A stretch of DNA of 64,000 bases from Tubulanus polymorphus (GCF_964204645.1 NC_134025.1:28500299-28564298); one strand, 5' to 3'; positions 35,498 to 48,489 are shown, numbered from the stretch's first letter. Numbers and translations: made by a program. The notes: a model not told the origin generated them from the sequence alone.

Positions 35498-38247
35498 GGT
35501 GATTTCAGTCTCTGAAAGAGAGAAACGTTGTGCGTGCGGTGATATAGTGTGGGGGTAGGTGGCAGCGAGACACTGCGCGCGACAAACTCATCATTATTGA
35601 TCTGACAATTGATAAATTAAGATGCGCACATTCAGTCCAGACATTATATCGATTTCATCAAATGTCTACAGCATTCATCATAGAATGCATTAAGATGATT
35701 TTAAAATCAAATCTTCGACTCACAGAAAGGCTAATTAGATAGGTCCCAGTGGTTATCAGATTTTATACGCGCATAAAGTAGATAAACGTATAACATGAAA
35801 TAATGAGTATGAAATTGTTCGGAGAGACACTTTATGATCTCGGCACCAGTGATACAGAATCTCTGAGAATACGGCACTTCGGTTACCATAGCAACCAGAC
35901 GGATGCTGCCAGATATTAAGCATAGCGAGCGCAGCAACAAATCTGACCATAGCACGAGCAGGTAGCTACTACATTAGGTTCTATCAGTGAAAATAAGCTT
36001 TAGAAATGTGAGAATGACTATGACGCACACACACAGTATATCAACTCTATTTTAAGAGGATAGACCGCGATCGTATGACCACATATTGTCACATCCTCCT
36101 TGGAATCAGATTTCTAATATATCACTCGTTGCTATAGAGCCACTACATTAATCACTTGATATCCAACATATTTTGTAATTCTCGAAATTTTGCCAATGAC
36201 ATTGGGTTTTCAGGACAATTCAGTTGAGATCAATTAAAATTAAACGATGATAATTGGCATGAAATGCACATCTTTGTTTAGTTGAATACTTCAGCAAAGG
36301 AGAACTCCGGATCTCATGGCCTATCAATAATCTAATCAATAATCAAAAGAAGCCTGAAAATCAAAATTTTCATTTTAGTTTAGGCCTAAAATTAAAAAAA
36401 TTAAATCTAAGCATTAATTCTTGGGTATTTTTGGGAATAATATCAAATAGTAGGTTGATCAATTGCGATGAAAGATACAATTTGTGAATAAAATCTAATC
36501 ATTTTAAATGAGTAAATATGAAACTAGCTTGCCTATGTCGAATGTATTTTTGATGAGCGGATTATAAGCAGACTAGAGTAACTGGACTGGTAACGATTAA
36601 ATCTATGGAGATACGTGAAAATCATTAAACGGGAGTAAAATACATTAGCAGATATAAATATTCCATTACCTTTAATGAGTAAAATAGACCGATAAGAGTG
36701 AATGATGAGGTGTCAGGGGGATCAAATTGCAGGTCTTTCTTCCTTTCTCTTTCACTTCGAAAAACCTACGTGAAGTGAGCATGTTATTCCAGCCTCGTAT
36801 TCAGATATAGTGTGTACACACTGAACAGCTGCATGTAGATACTGGTTGATGTGAAATGTATAACTCGGCATGACGGAGCGATGATGTATATATAGTACAG
36901 CATCAGATACTGCATGGCTAATCCTTCCCAGAATATTTCTAAATATGATGAAGTAAAAATCCGCAAACCTATTCTATCTAATGAAAATATTAGCCTATAC
37001 CCTACTCTCAGATCTCAAGGAAAATTTGGCAGTGTATTTCCAGTAGACTGAAACATTAGTCTTCGAATAAATTGGTCAATCAATGCAAATAACCATAGAA
37101 TAGCGATATACGATAGATGGACATTTCCAATAATACTGAATATTCTGGAATTAGGCCATTGAAAAATGATTTCGACTTATTCCAAAATTGAGTATTTTGA
37201 TAAGGCAACTCTTTCTAAGAGGCTATTCTTTTAAGTTGGGCCTGCATTGTTAAGCATGGCCAGCGTGATGTTTTAGGCGAGAGGGGTTATTTTCAACAAA
37301 ATTGGGACCTTAGCAAATACGCTATGGATCTTGAATTATCTATAGACTCTCTACCTAAGATCCAGAATTCAAAAAGTTTGGTTTTTCCCACGATGAATTC
37401 AAAAAGTTATATTGATAACGGCTGCCTGTGGTAACTTCAAGTCACCATATATACAGTCCATGCACCTCAGTCGGTCTTGGGAGAGTAAAAGAGACTTTCA
37501 ACATTTTTTTAGGAAATAGTTCTCGGACAATCAATTTCACGGGTTGGTTAAATGATCCAAAGTAAAAAGCCTTGATTATCGGTGCAAGGCTGTACATAAT
37601 ATCCTACTGTTTCCACAGGTTAAAGGTGTATTAGTTGAACTCGATCCCTAACTGACCAGCTTGAGTAAAGGCGTCGTCTCCTAGACCGAAATTTCCTTCA
37701 AATTTTCTGGCTTTATTTAATTTCTAATAATACGTAGTCAGCGGTTCAGTTCTACAGTTCTGGATCCAGTTCTACTGAGTTTTGAATCCAATTGTCCACA
37801 GTTGTATAAGCTGCTTAAAGTCTGGTGAAACAACTGGTGAACAAACAGAATCAAATTATCGGCGTAAAATCAAACAGACTTTTATTTACAGCAAATTTTC
37901 AAGACCCTCACCTTGGGGTGACATGAGACAGTTGTTTCTGAATAAGAAAAATTAGAAAATCATTAGACCCATTTTTTTCATCATTTGGGTAGATTGTTGG
38001 TAGGTCCTCGAGCTGCATTTGAAGAAATCACAAATAAGCGTCTCAAGTCATCCCGATTTACGGTGTGTTAAATTGGCCACAAAACTAAGTAGACTGGTGT
38101 GGCCCGGGCATCGGCGCTTTCCAACGTGAAGGCACCCCTTAATAGAAAATCAACCATCGTTCCGTTTGCAGGATTCGAATCTAATGGCATTTCGGTGGCA
38201 ATAATTTCATTCTTTGACTTCTCGGCGGGAATGTCAAGTTACTTGTC

Positions 38248-38338
38248 ATTGGTCAGTATTGTGTAATATGACGTCACACCGGTGTCGGTATATAAGGCCC
38301 GGTCACGGGGTCACTCTTTCCAGTTCGGCCATTTTCCG
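38248..38338 (+). promoter_or_regulatory. Pol II core promoter: CCAAT (attgg), CRE 38269-38276, TATA box 38289-38295, Inr-like CCAGTT ~38320-38325, YY1-like CCATTTT
   Basis: Motifs in canonical order and spacing (TATA ~33 nt before Inr A), followed by a short intron 38339-38436 (GTATGC...ttgcAG). Confidence 0.6.
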
Positions 38339-38457
38339 GTATGCTAAACTGCGTCCATTTTATTTTTTCTGTCGATGAAATGTTTTGTGATTGATTTAAT
38401 ATCTTGGTATTAATTATTCTTTTATCAATATTGCAGCAGCAGCAACAGCAGCAATCA

Positions 38458-38665
38458 GAGAACCTACAACAAGAAGAACAGTCTACAACAGAACCTTCTA
38501 CAACAGAACCTTCGACAACAGAACCTTCGACAACCGTGAGAACCTTCTACAACAGAACCTTCGACAACCGTGAGAACCTTCTACAACAGAACCTTCGACA
38601 ACCGTGAGAACCTTCTACAACAGAACCTTCGACAACCGTGAGAACCTTCTACGGAACCTACAACA
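38458..38665 (+). repeat. 15-bp/34-bp tandem repeat (acaacagaaccttct; gagaaccttctacaacagaaccttcgacaaccgt) in putative 5' UTR
   Basis: 15-mers followed by ~3 perfect 34-mers; no ATG inside. Confidence 0.85.
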
Positions 38666-38699
38666 ACGTCGACAACTAACTACAAAAACTACAACAATC

Positions 38700-41600
38700 A
38701 TGTCATGTAACTTTTTATTCGACGTGCTGAAATCCGTACAGGTCGAGGTGCTGAAAAATGGCGGGGCACTCGACCTGTTCCTCAATTTAAGTAAGTTTTT
38801 ACTCATTACCTTATCTCAATTAGTATGCCTCAAATATCTCAATTACTTATCCTGGTTATCTCAAATCCACAACATATCTAGCACAAATCTCTGAAAATTT
38901 AATTTAAATAGTTCTCGAATCCGAAATCTTAAACTAGAATATCTAAACTGCTAATCACTTATCCAATTCTATTCAGATATTTTTTTATTCATTTGAATAC
39001 CTCAGTCACTTTGAAAGTTTAATTATTTCAACTCTTAATCTCAAAAGTGATCACAAAAATATCGACGTTTCAATATCTCAATATTTCAATTTTTTCAATT
39101 TTACTGATCTTAAATATTTCATTCTAGGTAGAATCTCAATTTATTGAAAAGTAAAAAAATTTAGAAACATTCAATAAGGAAAGACAATTATTTCTATATC
39201 TGCATTGAAACAGTAAATTAACTGCAGTAATAACGATAAAACTCTCCTTGATGTCTCGACATAGAATTTCCTTTCCGTCTCTCGACACAAATATTCACGG
39301 AACAAAATTGAATTGAATTTAATAGAATGTGACTCTGATGGATGGGATTTATTATAATGATGTAAAAACCTATTTCCGGGTCCAAATTTGACGTGCCGTT
39401 TGTAAAGAATTTCCATCATGCGCTCCAAGCATGTACGTATCATTGATGCTGTTTAATTCCTTTCAGAAAACAGCAAATAAACAGTTTGAAGGTGTTTAAT
39501 TGATAATAGGCCTCAGTCGTCATTGACATCATTAGCTGGGACGCCACGGGTGGTGGGCGAGTCCTCCCTCCGTCCGGTCCAGACCGTATCGGGGCCTGGG
39601 CGCTGGGGCTGGGGCTGGCTCTGGCATATGCACCACCCACACGGCCTACATACAAATAACTATTAAAAAGTCCTCTTGTCAAGTTTGAATTTGAAACTCA
39701 TCATTGCGAGTCAGGCCGAAATGTTTGATTGTTGAATTTGAAACTCATATTGCTAGTTAGAAAAGGTTTCTATTTTGTTGAAAGAATTATTTTCAATTAG
39801 GCCTAAAAAGCTACGGTAGGTACGGGACCCAAATATTTATCCATTCATAAGCCTAGCAACCCCAGCCTAGTGTTTTTCCAGCCTATGAGCGTTTTTTCCT
39901 GCGGGGAAGTAGCATTGTCATTATATTGACAGTGTCAGTGAATTATTCCGATGGATTCAATATTCGAGGGGTAAGTAGTGATTTATTTGAAATATCTCAT
40001 AAATATCGGTATATGTGAAATAGGCCTAGATTCCAATTATTATTCATTATTCACTGTTTAATGATGTTTTTTTTTATGATTGAATGAAAATGTATTTGAT
40101 ATTTTGTAGTAAATGGATTTGATTGATTTATATGAAGTCACCTGGTTGTGGGAGAAAGTTTGAATAATTGCGCAACTTACAATAACAATGTACTAAATGT
40201 AAGTGTAATCGATCCCTCATTTATTCATTATTTAATGATTTATATTGGTTTTTTTATGACGACGTAGATGAAAATGTGTTTATTATATTTAGAATGAATT
40301 TGTTGAATTGAAGCCGGCTATGAATTGGTTATGCAACGTCGCAGCACCGCTTCTGAGTTCAGCACCTGATACTAGGCTACCCAGTAGTGAGATTGGCCGC
40401 CTTCTTCATTACTACAGATTAAGTTCTATCAACCCACACCAACCCAGTTGCAGTGTATAATCATCCCGGTACCAGTGATACCAGCATATCAAGCCAGCAC
40501 CCAGTACCAGTGATACCAGTACATCATTTCAGTACCAGTGATACCAGTGCATCAAGCCAGTACCATCGATACCAGTGCATCATCCCAGTACCAGTAATAA
40601 TAATAATAATCATTATCATTTATAACTCACAAGTTTCCTTTGACAGTTCAAATGCGCTTTCCGAGAGTTAATGGTATGCTGCATGGAACAAAGTTGTTTT
40701 GAGATGGGTCTTGAAGCTATTGAGGTCGAGAGATAACCATCTGGATAGTTCGTGAGAGTTCCAAAGTGACGGAGCGTGAACAGAGAACGCTATGGATCCA
40801 AATGTTGACAAGTTATAACGACGTTCGAGAAGTCGATGCTGCTGAGACGAACGGAGGTTTCTGGACGGTTTGTAGGTGGTTAATAGTTCACAGAGATAGT
40901 CAGGAGCTTGGTGGGTGAGTGATTTGTAGGTAAGCAACAGAACTGTGAAGTCGATCCTAGGTGAAACAGGGAGCCAATGTAGTTGCACAAGGATTGGCGT
41001 GATATGGTCAGAGCGAGGTGTTCTGCATATCAAACCAGTGATACCAGTGCATCAAGCTAGTACCAATGATACCAGTACATCATCCCAGTACAAGTGTAAC
41101 CAGTGCATCAAGCCAGTACCAGTGATACCAGTGCATCATTCCAGTACCAGTGATACCAGTACATCATCCCAGTACCAGTGATACCAGTGCATCATCGCAG
41201 TACCAGTGATACCAGTACATCATCCCAGTACCAGTGTTACCAGTGCATCAAGCCAGTACCAGTGATACCAGCGCATCAAGCCAGTACCAGTGATACCAGC
41301 TTATCCACGCCCAGTACTTATTATTGTTAACTGTAGCTGTCTGGTTATTCTACAAACTGCTGATTGTTGATTGTTCGGTTTCTATTGGTTTTGGTTTCTG
41401 TGAATACTTCAATAAAATGATGAAATAAAAAACATTTTAAATAAAATGATACATTGAGAAATCAGAATTGTCAGAATAATTTTTTTGGTTGAAATTCAAT
41501 ATTCAGTAAACGAATCTAAAGTATTGGCCCTTATCAGAATTAAGATAACTGACTGGCAGCCTTTGTTGTTTCACGGTCAAAATAAGTACATTTTGCATAT

Positions 41601-44600
41601 TTTTTCTCATCTTGAATTTTGGTTATACATTTATGATATCCTTTATTTCATCATCTCAAAAACATTTTTTGATCAGAAACAAAATGGCTTTCTTGTGGGT
41701 ATTTATGCCGCAAAAATCATTTTTAAGCCTGATGCTATCCGTATTACATTGAAATTTGAAATTGGTATATTTGGGGAAGGGATATTCAATGAAACCCGCT
41801 TTCCAATGAGTTTTTATGGGTTTTGATGGGTTAGGGGGATTATCCGTCGTCGTCTATCCGTCCGTCGGTCTGTCCATCCGTCAACTTTTGCTTCAATTTG
41901 CTACTAGTGCTACAGTTCTTTTCTGATCTTGACGAAACTTGGTATGTAGATACGACGGGCGATGGGCTAAAAAGTTACAGAGCCATTTTCCCAATTTGAT
42001 CTCTAGGGGGCGCTGTACGGGTGGCGAAAAATCTTTAAATCGCTACTTGTCCTACAATTATTGTCCGATGTTGACGAAACTTGGTATGTAGATACTATGG
42101 GCCAAGTGCTAAAAAGTAATAGAGCCGTTTTCTGGATTTGAACTCTTAAGAGTGCTGTGTAGGTGGTCCTTGTAAAGTCTTATCATAAAACAGCGGAGCT
42201 GTATCAGCCGATAGGCTGCTTGTAAATATCATCAACTACTTTCATAAACCTTAACAGGTTTCTTGATGCGTCCCTCCATCTTGAATTGTTTATTTGTATC
42301 ACCATTGTACAATTCTTATACATGTAAATCAAAATGGTAAATGAATTATCATGTTGTGATATTATTTTCCTTGAATTTCCTTGAATTGAACAGCATCTCA
42401 TCAAGAATTAGTATTTTTCAGTATCGATACTCCCATAAGGAGAGCTGAAAATTACGAAATATAAGCAATTTTTCGATTCGCGTTGGTCTCGGTATATTTC
42501 TTATTGCTCTCAACTGCAAAGTTTTAACTAATGACTGTCCAGTATTTGAAGATTTGGTGAGGTTTCAATGAGGCCTAAACTTATTTTGTACTTTTTTCAT
42601 ATGATAAGCATTTTATGTGAATAGCTAAAATCGGGTTTAAATGAAAATGAATTTTGGTGTTTGATTTCAAGACAAATCGCTTTTTGTAAATGGTTAAAAT
42701 CCGTTTCAGAGGAATACACATAAAGATGTATTCAAACATTAAAATGTATTCAAACGTAGCGTTTTGTCAGAATATTGTCTTAGATTATGTCAAATATGAG
42801 CTGAACATTGTTAAATACAACTCCAGAACTTCATCAGTACCACTAGTACCATATCCTCTTGATGAAGTCGTGGGAGATAAAGTTTTACCTGTGCTGCGTC
42901 TGTGTGAAGTTGTTGTGTTTATCGCCACAACTCAAAAACCTTTGAATTCTTAAATAAGCTGTGTCTGAAGGATTCGATATTCAAGGGGTAAGTGGCTCAT
43001 TTGAATAAGTTGTGAATTTATGTGAAATAGGCCTTCATTGAGGTGAAGTGACCGAGTCGCTGATCCTTCATCAATCCAGGGCTCATGGTTTCAGATCTTG
43101 GTTATTTTGAATGTGAATAAATCAACAGTGAATCTGTCTAACCAGGGCGAACCTGGTTTTTATTGTTAGTCGATTAAAGGTCGGAGCTAATAACCGAAGG
43201 CACTATAGTTTGGTCGTTACATATTTCAGTGTCGGCCATCTTGAAACTAGGTGCGAACTACAGCAACCGTGCTCAATCCCGCGGTCGGCCGTTTCCGGAC
43301 TGTAATTCTGACTGTCATTCGGTTTCAATTTGTCACCTCCTCCGAAAACGCAGGCAAGCTCCATTATTTATGATGTAGTTCATATCAATTGAAAATTTAT
43401 CAAAAATAATACAATTTTCATAATACAAAATATATATAAAAATATGTACAAGATAGATATATCTAGCGATAGAATAAATGCTGAAAATTAATTGTTATTT
43501 AGAAACAGGAATGTTGACGCAGAACCCCCCAAATAAGGCGTTGTAGTTATCAATCGATAAAAACATTATCATAACGGTTTTTACGGCGTCAAAAAATAGG
43601 CCTTATTCCAGATGTCATTTATTATTGATTAAATCAATACAAATTGTTTTATTTGTAGAATTGGATGTAGCCAGCAGTGAATTGGTTTGATAACATGGCC
43701 GGCGCATGATATATAGATAGGTTTTGCCAATGGTGAAACGTTATATTTGTAATATCCTCGAGAACTGATGTATTGCATATCCCGTTTGGTAACTAAAATG
43801 ATAATCACGTCGAGAAATGTGATGTTTTGGTTAAGAAGTTCAGGCTGGTTGAATGATTGTTCAGACGATTTGGAACCAAAGCTTTCCAATTATGTACTTC
43901 GATTAAAACAAAAAATCCAGTAAAATTGCGACTATATCTGTCCTTCGATTTCTGATGAAATTTGAATCAAATTCTTTGCATTGTGATATGATTTACCATG
44001 TACTGTCTAAAGTCGCGTTCACGCGACACGAGCAAGACATTCTTCATTTGACCAATTCGATCCTCTGTCAGGTTTAGACATTTTTGCGAATTTGATTTTG
44101 TTCTATCACGCTGAAACTCTAAGTATCATCTAAACACGGTTCAAAACACGGCAGTAAAACGGATGATGATCGCGATGTACGAATACGAATAAGCTCCAAA
44201 CATTTCCATAGAATAGGGAGGAAAAACAGTACTTAAAAATAATTACATAAACGGTCATAAAAGGATTTAAAACTTAATAAACTGGACTCACACTCTACTG
44301 CAGAGGTCGCGACATCTACCGCAGAGATTCAGAATCACGATTTAGACCGGACCTGGTACCAGTTTCTGTCCACACACACTTATTTAGACCGGTCAGGTCT
44401 AAATAAGTGTGTGTGGCCGGACCTGGTTCGCTCTTTTACACCGTGCTAAATTAGACCGGTCTAAACTAGACCGGTTTAATTTGGAGCGGTATTTTTGCCC
44501 GTTTTAACGCTTGGTCCGGTCTAAATTGGACCGGACCAAATTTAGACCGGTCTAAATTTCGTTGTGTGAATGCGCCTTATAGTTAAGATAATAGAATATG

Positions 44601-45974
44601 AACAAATTAAAGTAATTATTTTGTCTTGATTATTTGTTACTGAGCATTTTCTTAAAAGATATTAAGAACAGATTGAGGAAATGCATCATGGATTTTCTTG
44701 ATATTTGGTTTATACTTGTTTATACCCCTAGAGGCATCTGCAGTTATACCCAAACTGTATTGATAGCAATGGGCGTTATAAATGTTATGAAAATGAATTA
44801 ACGATAATATCAAATTTGATAAATATGAGGAATGAAAAAGATACATTTGAAAGCTTTTCAGCAACAATCTACAAAAAACGATGTAAGGCTGGATCATAAT
44901 GAGCTGTTATGAGCTTTCTCTGGTTTTCTGTTAAATTGTGATATGAGTTATTCCGAAACAAATTTATATAGTTGTGAAACCTGAACTGTACCATAATTCC
45001 AGTTATTGGTATGAACCAATTTTACCTATGCATTCCTTAAGCTAATACCATCACCATTATTGATGTATCAACACATACTATGACAAAACTGAAATTGCCT
45101 TCAAACTCTTGATTTAGAAATGAATCAAATAAACTGGCAATTAATTGCATATTTGCAGTCATTAAGTCTACGTGGTATTAATGTGTAATATTCGTGATCC
45201 TTAACAGTTTTTCTTTTCATTTCAGCTGAATCAATTGTTATTGATACTGTCAACAGAAAAGATGAGTCTGGCCACGCTTATGAGGCGGCTTCCCTTCTAC
45301 AAAGGAGATTGAAAAGGTGCGTGGAGCGTTTATCGTCTCATAAGCACGGGGAGCCAAATCCACCAACACCGTTGGCTCCCCCGCGGGTGGTGGACCCTGC
45401 TTCTGCGGTGCAGGTGGTTGCGGTCACCGTATCTTCGGATACGGAGGTCGCGCCACCTGTTATCGTGAAGCAGGAGGTCGCCCCTGCCGTGGTTGCCCCG
45501 ACAGAGGCGCCACAGGTCCAGACTCCTGCACCGCGCAGGTCGCCCCGCAAAAATAGGAAAGATGTAAATTATACGGAAGGTTCGGGGCGGCCTAATAAAA
45601 AAAGAACACCAAAACGTGCGGCTCCTCCACCACAACCAAATTTTGAGGAGTCCAGTGATGAGGAGTCCTCAGCGGCTCCTGGAGCTCCACAACCAGGGCC
45701 CCCACCACCACCACAACCACCTGTGTGCGTGCAACCTACAAGAAAAAGAAAAAGAATTAATAATAATGATAGTAATAATATGCCCGCCCAGGCTGGAACA
45801 TCGGGCGCTCCAGCGGGGGTACCACCCGCCCCCGCTGTAGAGCTGGTTGCACGCGGCCCTGGTTGGTCTCGAAACATCCGCATTAAAGATCCTGTGCAAT
45901 TGCTCCGCGATGTTGAAGGGGCCTTTGATGGTAACTATACGTTTATTAGAAATAAAAGAGCTAGAAGAAATTAA
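38700..45974 (+). CDS. Putative orphan protein, ~279 aa, coding exons 38700-38790 and 45226-45974; basic, Pro-rich, likely nuclear
   Basis: First ATG after the promoter; a|GTAAGT donor (phase 1) and ttttcatttcAG acceptor at 45225 (phase 1) join in frame; second exon GC-rich with 249 open codons; AATAAA at ~46224. Joining across 6.4 kb is inference. Confidence 0.5.
40465..41316 (+). repeat. 28-bp minisatellite (ccagtaccagtgataccagtgcatcaag) split by a LINE insertion
   Basis: Arrays at ~40465-40594 and ~41030-41316. Confidence 0.88.
40595..41025 (-). mobile_element. 5'-truncated L2/CR1-clade LINE 3' end
   Basis: ORF2 C-terminal motifs HITPILVQLHWLPV..RIDFTVLLLTYKSL..APDYL..RNLRSS..AFSVHAPSLWN..FKTHLKTTLF, short 3' UTR and (ATT)n tail at 40595-40620. 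Confidence 0.9.
41840..42170 (+). mobile_element. Helentron-associated/DINE-1-like non-autonomous element fragment
   Basis: (CCGT/CTGT)n microsatellite followed by two ~142-bp internal repeats containing ttgacgaaacttggtatgtagata. Confidence 0.55.
44336..44576. mobile_element. PIF/Harbinger-like MITE end with reiterated AGACCGGTCT palindromes
   Basis: Terminus gtgtgaatgcgcc followed by TTA; ~8 copies of (tttag)accgg(tctaaa); possible degenerate left end taa-agtcgcgttcac at ~44008. Confidence 0.55.
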
Positions 45975-46454
45975 AAAACCATCCCCCCTTCACTCGCCAT
46001 CACTCCGGGCAACAACATCAGCCCATGCACGTCTGCAGATCGGCACTCCTTTCATCATTCATTTTTATTATCACTCAAGTGAGTTTTAAGAACTCGTTCA
46101 TTTCGTTTCATTTCATTTCTTCGTCGGTCTGCAGTTGGCGCGGTGCCACAAAATATCTGTCAACCCCCTTGCATTAGGAACCAGTGGGCGTGCAGTCCTG
46201 CATTTCAATTTTATTTAAAAAAAAATAAAAAATAGAAACCAGATGCTACCGGTTTTATAGGGAGTTTTACGGTTCTCCTGAAAAAATTATAAAAACTAAA
46301 AATAAAAAAAGAAACCATCAATTCATTTCATCCCTTTATTTATTTTATTGGGCAAATTAAAATTTGTTCCATCATATCATCCATACTTATTTAAAATCAT
46401 TTTAATCTATTTTTTTGACTGTACGTCCCGCTGTGTTCCTACCAAACCCTCCCA

Positions 46455-46760
46455 CACCATTCCTACATTCAAATTGACTCATGCAGTTCCATTCCTGCAT
46501 TTGAAATGACTCATGCAGTTCCATTCTTGTATTCGAACTGACTCGTGCAGCTCCATTCCTGCATTCGAACTGACTAATGCAGTTCCACTCCTGCATTCAA
46601 AATGACTCGTGCAGTTCCACTCCTGCATCCTCAAACTGACTCATGCAGTTCCACTCCTGCATTCAAAATGACTCATGCAGTTCCATTCCTGCATTAGAAC
46701 TGACTCAATGCAGTTCCATTCCTGCATTCGAACTGACTCATGCAGTTCCATTCTTGCGTT
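46455..46760 (+). repeat. 32-bp minisatellite (tgactcatgcagttccattcctgcattcgaac), ~9.5 copies
   Basis: Unit starts at 46475, 46507, 46539, 46571, 46603, 46637, 46669, 46701, 46734. Confidence 0.9.
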
Positions 46761-48489
46761 CCGTTTTGCAGCAGCATTCAGCCTCAGTATCCATCTTTAC
46801 CATCTGTATCCATCCTTGCCATTTTTCAGTGGCAGTACTCGTGGTAATTAATCACCTATTCAATTGCTGTAATCATTATGGCCTTTTGAAAAGTCCTCTA
46901 GGACACGCTGGAAAGTGCCATCTCTGCTATAATTTTTCTGTGGAGTTTGAAAAAAATTTTAAAAGAACGTCTCTAAAAGTGTCTCTTCCAATAATGGATT
47001 TTTCAAATATAAGGATTGCTTTGATTCACATAATGTGATTCTTTTCAAAACACGGAGAAGGAACAGCTATGTTTTACACATAATGCGATTTCTTATAGAA
47101 TTACATTGAAATACAATGTGTTCAATGTTATCCCACCCCTGATACTATGACGTTCATATGTCAAGTTTAAAATCATTGTTCATTGTTATTAAAATACTTG
47201 TTTTTCTAGTTACAGATTTATTTGATTTATCGCGAAAACTTGAAATGTTAATATCTATTGCCAAACAGCGGAAGGAAATCCTTTAAATGTGAACGGATGG
47301 ATTTCAAATATCCACTCGTTTAGGAATAGGAATATGTATTCATACGAATAATTACGTGACATTGGATAAAATGTTGCACAAGAATGGAAATCACAGCAAA
47401 AACAACGGTAATCAATTTCATTACACTTATTGGATCAACTACGTTCATCTTTATAGAACGGTTCTGAGTAACTTTCTGTTAGCTCTGGGTGGTAGAATTA
47501 TAACCATTGGATATACACAGCTGATATTTTGTCATTAGGAGAGAAATAGGCGTTGGAATTAATATGGAAGGTTTTGGCCATCAGCTCTTAGTAGATTGGA
47601 AGTACTGAGAGAAATGAGCAAATGAATTTTCCCCATTTCTACTTATCGATGCTTGACCTTGTTCCTCGATAATGACGTCACTGGGATAGTCCTTCAGCAT
47701 CCAAGTTGGCCTTGTAAAAATTGTATGGATTGTTCTGCCATGTGCCAGTGAGTCATGGCTACGAGCAATTATCTCAACTAAATTGATCTCAACTAAATTG
47801 CTCGTAAGTCATGGGAATAACCGAATACCATGCAAATCATCGTAGTTGAACACGCTTACTACACAGTGGTGTTGTGTGCACTAAGATTACATCTTCATAC
47901 CTTATTGCAAATCCCATAAATCCGTTTAAATGCTCAACGGTAAACTTTACTCAATTGATCCTGCTGCACCCATGGTCCTATTTAGGGTGTGAAATGGAAT
48001 GATTCACTTGATCGATGATCAATACATGAATTTCATAATTAATAATTGCGATAAAATGGAACCTTATAGAATTCTGTTAAGATTCAGTTATAAAAGCAGA
48101 ATAAAAAAGAATGATCTCTGATAAGAGAATTTGTTGTTGTCAAGTCGGTGAAGTTGTATTGGCTAATAATGAGCCTAATTATCATCAGGCTCAGAATTTG
48201 ACTTGTTTATTGAGCAGAGGAGAGAGAAAAACAGTATTTCGCTAATTAAGCTAATGAATAAAAGATAAGATTGAGAGACTTTTAGATAATGTGATTGAAA
48301 ATTGAGATTAATCATCGATATTTTGAAATGAAATTGCTGGGATTTGACCTAGGATCAGCAAGTATTGAAACATCATTAACGATGAATTGAAATGATTAAT
48401 TCTAATCAAAATTAGATATTATTCAAATTTTGGATGTTCAAAATTGCCAAGTGTATAGAGGATATATACTTGGGAAATTGGGGAATTGA

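Noticed and set aside
37980-38250. Coding-looking minus-strand stretch divergent from the 38.3-kb promoter
   Set aside because: Frames are short and interrupted, no recognisable homology.
38404-38607. Mucin-like ORF (STTEP repeats)
   Set aside because: Non-ATG start inside a predicted intron; frame is broken by the 34-bp units; better explained as UTR tandem repeat.
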